64,000 nucleotides of DNA from Chrysomallon squamiferum (taxonomy: Eukaryota; Animalia; Mollusca), in NCBI GenBank assembly GCA_012295275.1, contig CM022670.1, positions 3,410,001 through 3,474,000 on the forward strand. The letters are read 5' to 3'. Under the pieces are notes generated by a model. That model was not told the DNA's origin and did no database searches. It saw only the letters and a program-made list of their open reading frames with translations. Within the stretch, counting starts at the first letter, position 1. The number at the start of each line of letters is the position of its first letter. Positions 40,401-51,495 of the stretch are shown one piece after another. The position numbers were made by a program, and so were the translations under genes.

Positions 40401-43037
40401 TTTCAGACTGGGTTGTACTGTTGTTGACTGAAACCTTGTTCAAAGCCAATGGCAAGGCCCACATGACATGATAAAATTACTTAATAGGTTTTATGAAATA
40501 AAAATATTGTTTATATATCAACATCCGACATTGTGTCCAACTTAAAAAGCTTCAGATTGTCAAAGAAATGCAGATGAAGAAACTTTTTTGTCTTAAACTT
40601 CTAATTGCCATGTGCTCAATGGGGATTGCACCAGGGAATCTAAAGGAGTTCCTGACCTGTCTGAAGCATCACTTCCTGTTAACCCTTTGAGCCTGACTGT
40701 GTAGAACATGTCATGCCATTTGGCATCTTTTCATATCCTTCAGGCATTCCTTCAGACATGTCAGGTGGGTTTTAACTCCAAAGATAAGTTTTTAGTCTCA
40801 GAGAAAATGTACATTGTAATGCATTGTATCAATCATCCATGCAGGTATGCATTTTTTTAAATCTCTATTATGGCTAAACAAAAAATATTATACCCAGGAA
40901 ACTTTTATATGTGAACTTTATGCATACATGTAGGCCTACAATGTCTTACTCGATGATCAAGAGAGATTGTGATCCCTAGCATCCAGAATTGATCATTCAG
41001 GTTTTAGTTAATCAGATGTTAATGGCTGAAAAGGTGTTATTTTCATGTATGTGCATTTTTTAAATCTATATTGTGGCTAAACAAAAAATATTACACCCAG
41101 GAAACTTTTATATGTTTTAGTTAACATGTGGGAGATTAAATTTCAATAAAGGTCATCTCAAGATCACGTGATCCACACGGTCAATTTCAAGGTCATAGCA
41201 AAGGTCAAAAGGTCAAGGTACTCCAATATTTTCCAAACTAAACAAAAATGGCAGATTTGGTATCCTTGTCATTTTGCCTTTCTAACAATACCAATTTTAT
41301 GAAGATTGGCCCAGTAGTTCCTAAGATATGAGGGTTCTAAGGTAGGTGGTCACACCCATTTTTGGCAAAAATCTCAAAATTCGGTGGGCCGTATCTCCCA
41401 CACCACTGGTCTGATTGAGCTAACATTTCAGATTTGGTGCTGTGGGATCCCAGTCAACAAGTATACAAAGTTTCATAAAAATCTGAGACGGTCGGGTTTA
41501 AATTTCTTTTTTTTTGGGGTGATTTGACACGGAATGACCCATATATATATTTATTAAGCTGCCTCAGATAGAGAACAAACAGAACCAAACCATTTTAACC
41601 CATCCCCAGTTATTCTGATTGTAATAAGTGCTGGAATTTGATCTTTCTATTTATCAACTTTTAATGAAAATATTTCATCTATACTACAAAAACAAAAAGA
41701 TCTGTAATGGGAAGAGTCCCTTACATATTATCTGGTTGGTAGAGATTTCTGTAGTCCACTAATTCGTTTCTCTTCCTTTCATCCAGCAACTGAGCAACTT
41801 TAACTTTTTTCTGTCAAAGATATATATATATATATATATATAACACACATATATATTTAAGTTAAAGACAACAAATTTTTGTATGAACTATTTTTATTCC
41901 TGTGAATATTCTTTTTTATTAAAATTAATAAAAAGTAAAAATGATATTTGACAAAGTTATTATATCAAAGTGATATAAAGAATAAAAATATGAAATTAAA
42001 AATATTACAGTGTTATAGAAGTTTGTATTGTCCAACAAAGTGCTTATGCATAATTTAATTTATTTTTTAAAATACATATCTTTTTTGTTGTTGATATTAT
42101 TATTATCACTATTGTTGTTGCTGCTGCTGTTGATGTTGTTGTTGCTCTTCTTCTTCTTATTATTATTATTGTTAAATATAACTTACAAGTAAATGATTCA
42201 TTGTGATAAAAGTCACATTTATATAACAATTAAAATCCCTATCTAATCTGTTTTAATTATTAATGTTTAAATTTTCTATATATTTTATAAAGTGAAACTA
42301 AATTTTTTTAGAAAATACTCACTCGTCTGATTGCTAGATGCACTTCAGCAGGAACATCTGGGATCATGTAAGCAAGGATAAACTTAAGTACAAATACTAT
42401 ATGCTGAAAACAGATAATATGTCATTACATTCATCTGCATTCAGAACTGAATTTTTTACATGATTTTGATTTTTACTTTTTTTCCTTTTTTTTAATATAA
42501 ACAGCAGATTTTACTGAAATACTAACACTGACTGGTTTAGTTAGAGCGAACAGAGAAAAATATTTTTCATAAATATAAAATGAAATCTAGTTATACTTTT
42601 CAAATTCTAAAGACAGCCAGAATCAAAAAAGTATTTTAATGAAAGTAAGAACTAAAGTAAGTAAATTTCTATGAAAAAACATAACTGCATACAATTTTTT
42701 TTTTTAATTTTGTTATAATAAAAATAAGTAAAAAATATGATAATGACAATGACACTGATACAGATGAAATGATGAAACTCAATGAAAGAAAACATCAACT
42801 ATTTGATGTCAAGCTAAAGAAATGAAAAGGACAAAACCAAGAAAGATGATGAAAAACACTAACTTCAAAACCAATAACAATCCAAAGTTTCTGTTCCAGA
42901 GAATATTTCTGTCCCCAAGATGAAGTGAATGCAATCAGAAAAGCATTTGATAAAACTCCAGCAAAATTAACAAACGACAAAATATCATACCACATTCCTG
43001 AAAGAAAAAGGTGGTGTCAGTAAGAATATTCTAAATT

Positions 43038-43068
<31 letters not shown>

Positions 43069-46000
43069 AGTAATAATAATAATAACTGTAATAATAATCA
43101 AAGAAATAATAATATTATGAGTAGTAATAGTAATAATATTATATCAATAACAATAATTTCAAATTAACAAACACTTAAATACTAATAACAACAGTAATAA
43201 TAAAATGAACAACAATAATAACAACAATAATATATTTCAGGATTATTATATATTACAAAAGAAATACAATTTACCTGTATCCTGAGCAAAAATACCCATA
43301 ACCACAATAATAATAACATGAACAACAGTAATAACAACAATAATAATATACTTCAGCATTGTTATATATTATAAAAGAAATACAATTTACTAATATCCTG
43401 AGCTAAAATACCAATAACAGCAATTATAATAACACAACAACAGTAATATACTTCAGCATTGTTATGTATTACAAAAGAAATTCAATTTACCAATATCCTG
43501 AGCTATGAAGGCAACTGGTCTTCTGTACAACCACAACATTCGGTTTGCATCAACTCTGATGTCAATGAGAATTGTTATCAATGCTAAAAATGGAGCCAAT
43601 GGGAAGGATGCTGCAAACAGCTGAAAGGTATAAAGAAAGTTTAGTTAATATTTAAATATATGGGGGGAGGGTGGGTTGTGCTTTGTGTGAGTGTGTGTGT
43701 GTGTGTGTGCATGCGCGCACATGTATGCATTTCTGTGTGTGTTATGCATGTATGGTTGTATTTGTGTACATTCATATGAATGAGTAATACAATGTTTATA
43801 TATTGCCTTCTTCACTCTCTTTCTGTGTGTGTGTGTGTGTGTGCGTATATATATATATATGTATGTATGTATGTATCCACATATACATATTATATAAACA
43901 CATCCATACATCCATATAAACATATATTTATTACTGCATGTGTCTGTGTCTGTATACAGATGTGTATATACATTAAATAAAAATATAAGTAACAATACAT
44001 ACCATGAGAAAGCCGTACATTATAACTTTCTCTGTGTATTCTCCAAGTGTGAAGTCTCCTAGACTCGGTTTCTTTTTCTCACACTCAAGAAATGTTTCAT
44101 GTTGTCCAACACGATTCTTCTGACAGCATCTTAACCACTTTGGATGTCTATAACCACTTTGGATTTTTAACCAAATTTTTAAAAAAAAAAAATAATAACA
44201 ATAATAGATAAAAAATAGTGGTAATAATAAGTGATATGTATATAATTCTGATAGATAAACAACTAAAAATAATTTATTAACCACTTAATGGATGTGTTTT
44301 TTGACATTTTGTACTAATTCTAAATATAAAATAATATGAATATGAATAATATGAATAATGGATGTATATATAATTGATAGATAAACAATTAAAAATAATG
44401 TATTGGTAGATACTGATATATATATTTCTTTACAATGTATATTTCTTTACAATATAGATTTCTTTACAAATAAAATAATGAATAAATAAATTATAAAAAA
44501 GAAGTCAGAAGAAAATAAAAAAAGAAAGAAAGAAAGAAAAATAAATTTAAAATAAAACATAAAGTGATATAAATTAAACTAAACATCCTTGCTGCACTTT
44601 CTAAATTCATTTTTTGTAATTTATAAATGAATTGCATATATGATCAAAATCACTAAAAGATGAAGTTAAAAAAAATCAAAAATAAAATTAAAAGTAATAA
44701 AATAAAATAAGGAGAAATACAAAGTCATACAAACTTACGGAATAATGATGTCTTTGAAGAACTTTGGAAATGGTTTCACAAGCATTAAGATAAGAACTTG
44801 AAATGAAAGCTGTGACATGCATGTTCCCTCACAGCTGTCTCTGTAATCTGCACCACGACCCACCAGACCATTTTGATCAAATTTCTGATAAATACAAATA
44901 ATAATAATAATAATAATAATAATATTAAATAGAAGAATAAAAATAAAAGTTTTAATAATAATAACAATAACAACAACAATAATAATAATATCAATAATAA
45001 CAATCATCTCAGGATAATACTGTTATTTGTACATAATAAAATAATGTAAAAAACTTTGAAAGGAAGTATCATTTTATACAATTCTGGGAAATTAAATCAA
45101 TTAATGAAATAATAATTTTTACATTTACTTGATAATTTGATTATATAATATTGATGATGATGATGATGATAGTGATGATGATAATAAATAAAATAACATT
45201 GACAAAAATAACAGTAATAATAAATATAGTACAAAAACTAAATTCCCCCAATATTATAGAACGTTTTTATTTCTTTATGTTAAAAATTAAAAACAATCTT
45301 AAGAAACAATTTTGTTATTTACCCCTCTGAAAAATGCAATGTAGAAGCATGAAGCGTAACTGTTGACAAACTGGAAAGCAAACAGTTTGATGATGAGAGC
45401 ATCGTTGTATTGTGTCTCTGTTCTGTGGTTCTCTGAAAACATAAAAAGAAAAATGTATTAAAAATATAAATTTGATGGATCAAACTGACAAATTTAGAAT
45501 ATCAGTTAAAATCATTTGTATTGAAAATAAAATGAGATGCATAAAAATTAAATTTTTAAAATTATAAAATATTTATTCTGAAATTATTACAAATTTGTTG
45601 TAATTAAGCTGTCAAAATTATAAAAATAACTAAAATTTTAAATTGAGTGCCACTTTGGTTGGTTTTGCAAGGATTTTTTTTAGTGATAATGTATGCATTG
45701 AAGTTAATATTTAAGTCTGAGTTAATAATAAAAGTTTGTATTAAAATTAAAATACAGTTAATACTTTTAAAAAAAATAATTTTGAGAACTGAAAGATTCT
45801 GAATAGATTTTTAGTAATTTACATATATAACTTTTTTATTTTTTACAATTTAATCAGTATTAAATAGTGCATGATCATGATTTAAACTTATATTTAAAAA
45901 TAAAAACTTACCCCAGTCAGTCAACATAACAGCTATTTTGTCATAAACCTTTAAAAAAAAAAAATAAAAAAAAAAAAAATATATAAAAACAAAAGTGAAA

Positions 46001-47619
46001 TTCAGTCAGTATTTTAGAATATTGACACATACATTTTTTTTATTGTTATGATAGAATGTAAGAGTCAGATACATACACACACAATTATAAAATGTAAAAC
46101 CTTTTTAACTTTAAAAAAATATATATTTGTTAAATAATAAACTGAACATATTGAGGCATAATATATTAATTTTTTGAAAACATGTTTCCTTTCAAACTAC
46201 CTTTCCCAGCAGTAAAATTGAGATGGCATTTAACAGTGATGAAACAACAGTAGTCATGGCAAGGCATTCAGATGCTGTCATTGTTGGACACATGTCAATG
46301 CTGATAATTACACGATACATAATTACACCAAGAACACTGACTAAAATAAGACATATCTGAAAATAAAAAGTATACAAATAGAGTATTGTTTTATCAAAAC
46401 TAAGAAAGTGTGGTTTGAGACCTCAAACTATTTAAAAATGTATATGTTCTATTCTTTTAATAGTAAATACAAATATAGTATTGTATGTGAAAATAAAAAA
46501 TGTGCTTTGAAACCTCAAACTATTTAGAATTGTATATTTTCTATAATATTAAAATTAAATATAAATATAGTATCTGAAAATAAATAATATCTAAAATAAT
46601 AAGCTTGCTTTGAGACCTGGTTCTATTTTAATGTTAAATGTATTGATAATTAAACATTGTAATCATAAATTCCATCTGAAAATACAAATTGTGCTTTGAG
46701 TTCTCTAAAATAGTAAATTTTCTGTTAATTTATTTTCAAATGCTATCACAATATTGATTATGTTAAAGCATATTTGAAAACAAACAGCATGAAGAGATTT
46801 TACTCTGTAGTATCCTTCTTGGAAAGGAAGAAATATAATTGAATTAAAGATATGGTATTTGAGATATTAATTTAGCATTTGAAAATGAATGATAGTTAAC
46901 TCAATTCATTTTCCTTTTAAATATTAAATATACTTTTTATAATGATGATAATTGAAATGTCATTAAAATTATGTTAACTTCTAATAATACAAATTTAGAA
47001 ACTCACCATGAAAATAAGTACAGATGCTGATGCTGAGATCTTCAAAAACTGTCTTTTGAATGGATAGTACCAAATTTCTTCATTTGTCACAGGGTCCTAC
47101 AGGATAACAACAAATTACAGAGAAACACCCGTTAATTTACTCATACATTCATATATACCCACAGTTATACACAAGCACATATTTACACACACACACACAC
47201 ACAAATATACAAACACACAAAAATATATATATATGCATATAGGCAAACACACACACATTCGTACACACATATATACACAAATATACAAACATACAAAAAA
47301 AGATATATATATGCATACAGTCACACAAATAAATGTATGTACACAAACATACACACAAATATACAAATATACAAAAATATATATATATATGTATATACAC
47401 ACACACACATATTCACACAAATATATATATGTACACACACACACATTCACAAAAATACTCACACAAATATATATATATGCAAATTAAAAATATTGCTATG
47501 AATCAATTAACAACTTCACAAGAATATGCAATATTTATATTTATTTACATCAAAGTTATACTGTTGTTAAAAATAACAAGATAAGAAGTATTTAAAAAGT
47601 TCATTAATCCCAAAGTTTT

Positions 47620-47651
<32 letters not shown>

Positions 47652-48284
47652 GGATTTTAAAATTGAATTTACCAATAATATATATAAGAGAAAAAGTATT
47701 TACTACTGAAAAGCAAATTTACATTTTTAACTTCGATGCCAAAATATTGAGGTCTGTCAGGTTCATTTGCTTCAAACTCATCAACATCCCATTCATAAGC
47801 TAATGTAGCATTCTTTCTTTTCCATACCTCCAAGAAAATTGTGCCTGAAAGAATCAAAATAAATTAACACATATATGCGTAATTTTATAATTTTTATAAT
47901 TTTAGAAAGTAGAAATTATTTAATTGCAAAAAATGTTTTCCCCTCTTTTTTTTTTTTTTTTTTTTTTGTTATTTTGTTTTTTAATTTCATGTTGTTCTTT
48001 TGTTTTAATTTATAAACCTTTTTGGGGTGGGCATTTCATGAAGAGAAACAATATTTTAATTATTACATTTCAAAATAATTAGTATTAAAATATTTATTTT
48101 TTAACAAATTTAAATAATCTTCAAATGAAAATATTAAAATATTAAATGTATTCTCACCCCAGACGCACATTAGAAGAGCAAAGAATGGTGTAATATCATT
48201 ATCAAATGATTGTTTGATAACACTCAGTAAATCCTGTACAGCAGTTTTCACTCTAAACACAAAATATAAATTGTCATTTGCATT

Positions 48285-48335
<51 letters not shown>

Positions 48336-49577
48336 ATAAAACAGAAATGCAATGTATTTTAAGCTTTAAGATTTTTATTAAATAAATATAGTAAATGTAT
48401 ATAAATATAAGTATTTTTAAAGTATGTAAATGAATTTTTTTTTATCGTTATTATTATTATTTTAAAATTAAGGCTATATTAAGAGAATAACTGACAAACT
48501 TTAAAAAAATATAATAAAAAAATAAAAAATAAGTATATAATGAATTAAAATAATTTTAATCTTACTCATCCACAAGTGTTGCATTGTTTAAGGTAGGTTG
48601 TGTAATTTCTTCAGATTCTTCAACACTGAAAGTAAATAAATAAATAAATAAATAATGCAAATACAAATTATATTATTAGCTATATAAAAAAAAAGCAAAA
48701 TAAAAATAATTTAGAAATAAAAGATATAATAAATAAATCATATAAATACAAATTATATTATCTGCTATTAAAAATATAAAATGTGAAATAAAAATAATTT
48801 AGAAAAAAGTAAAATAAAAAATCAATAAATAGTAGAAATACAAATTATATTATCAGTTGTAAAAAATATAAAATGTAAAATAATAATAATTTAGAAAATA
48901 AAAAATAATACAAATGAAAAATATATTATCAGCTATAAAAATATAAAATGTGCAATAAAAATTTAGAAATAATAATAATAATAATAACAATAACAATATT
49001 TAGCAAAACAAATATTAATTTTTATTTTTTTATTTTAAATACAAATATTTTTCTAACAATCACACAAAGACACACACAGACATACACACACCTTTGTACT
49101 AATCCATATATGAAGATGATCAAACCAATCAATGCTGGAATCCACAGTGATGAAGCCAGCTCTCCTGACCAGGCAAAATAAAAAGCAATCTTTTCACCAA
49201 AGTAATTCCGAATCTTCCAGAGAGGTTGAAATTTAAAAAACTTTGTCCAAGTTTCATCTAGATCTCGTCTGGGATCTGTCTTAATTTCCTTTTTCATTGC
49301 TGTTTTCTTCGTATCTGTTTCAGGAGAAAAGGAATCTTCGATTCTGTAGTCTTCATTTTTCCCACTGAGCAGAGAATCCTTGGGTAAGACTAACAAGTCT
49401 GTGTAGATATTTTTCATTAACAGGTATGGAAGTCCTAGATATAAGTTGGAGATATAGAAAAAGAAAATTATAAATAATCAGAAAATGTTTGATTTTTTGT
49501 TTTTTATTTTTTTAAAAGAATCGTGTGCATATATATCTTTCTCTGGAAAATCTGGTTAAATCAAATGCTGAGTAGTG

Positions 49578-49623
<46 letters not shown>

Positions 49624-51463
49624 ATAATGATGATGATAAAATAACAAAACTATGGTAAAAGAGATTCCCTTTTACTATTAAAGATTCCTCATTGCAAGAG
49701 TTTTTATTTATTTTTATTTATAAATATAAAAATAAGAGAAAAAAATATAATAGGTAAACACAAACATCAGATTGATTTAATCTTTTTAATAACTTTTTTA
49801 AGATGTAAATAACTTTTAAAGTTAATAAAAAATGTATTGTACATGAATGTATATGATTTTCATTTTAGTGCAATATATCAGAATATATAATTTTTATATT
49901 ATAGATTTAGATTTTAATGAAAATTTATTTTTATCTAAAAACATTTTAAACATTAAATATATTTTCATAATTTGAACAAAAATATTACTGAAATAATTTT
50001 ATATCACAACTAGTCACACTATAATGTAGAAGATTTTTTTTAACATCAGAAAATAAATATTTCTATCAAATTAAAGATTTTTGTTTATAATTTTTAAATA
50101 AAAGAAGAAAAGAACTTGGACAAATATCACAAAAGATTAAGCCACAAAAAAAAAATAAACATAATAATAATAATAATCAAAAAAAGAAAATAAATAAATA
50201 AAATTAAAAAATTGCTAAATCTTATTTATTAACAATAAAATTTAAAAAATAAAAATAAATTACAATTAAAGTGAGAGTACATTAAAAAAAAAATAAATGT
50301 GACATAATTTCTAATACTTAACATTTTCTGAATACGTTTTTTTAATTATTAAATATTAAATCAATAACTGAATACTAATTACTTTCCATATTTAAACTAT
50401 TCAGTAAGGAAATTTTCTAAATTATTATTATTATTATTACAAACCATTTTGAGAATAAAGATTATGTTTCAATACATAAATATTAATATATTTTTATTTT
50501 GGAATATTGTTTTCTTCTTCTTTTGATGGCAAATAAATTATTTCTTTCAAAAATTATTGTTTTAAATTTCTAAAGATTCAGTATAAAATGTATTTTTCTA
50601 TTATTAAATTTTTAAATGTTAAATAAATAAATTAATGATTTTCTTTTTTCTTTTTGTTACCGTTATTTAGTAAATAAACTGTAATTTTTGTAAAAAAAAA
50701 TTCTAAATGTTCTTTTGGAGAAAATTTAAACTTTTTTTTTTATAATAAATTATTAATGTTTTTATGTTTAAAATTTAGAAATTTTCGCTAATGAGTTATT
50801 TCTTAAAATGTTTTTCATTTTTGAGGAAATAAATAATGAACATTTTAAACATTCAGTTATTTAATTTGTTTTATTTTTTTGTAAAAAAGACTTCTGAATG
50901 TTCTTCGGGAGAAAATTTAAACAACCATTATGTTTTTCTTTTTTCTTTTCAATCTTTCAATAATTAAATTAAAATTAAAATTAAAGTTCAATAAATAATA
51001 AAATGAATAGTTAATGATTTTTCTCGTAATGTTTTAATTTCTTTAAATTTTTTCTGTATTTATTCATTTTCATTGTTTTCTTTATCTTTTATTTTCTTCT
51101 TCTTATTATTATTATTATTTTTTTTATTTTTTTTTTACTGTAATTTTTGTTTGTTTCTTTATTTATTCAGATATTTTAGGAGAGGTTTTTCTTTTTGTAT
51201 AACTGAATTCATTTTAAATAAATATTTATTAAATTAATTATTATTATTATTATTATTATTATTTTATTATTATTATTATTTTAAATTTATTAGTAAATAA
51301 ATTGTAATTTTTATAAAATAATTCAAAATGTTCTTCAAGGGAAAATAATTAATTTTTTCATTTTTAAAATTTACAAATTTACAAATTTACATGTTTTTCA
51401 TTTTTAAGGAAATAAATAATGAATATTTTAAGCTTTCAATTTTTTCACAATGCTTATTATTTA

Positions 51464-51495
<32 letters not shown>

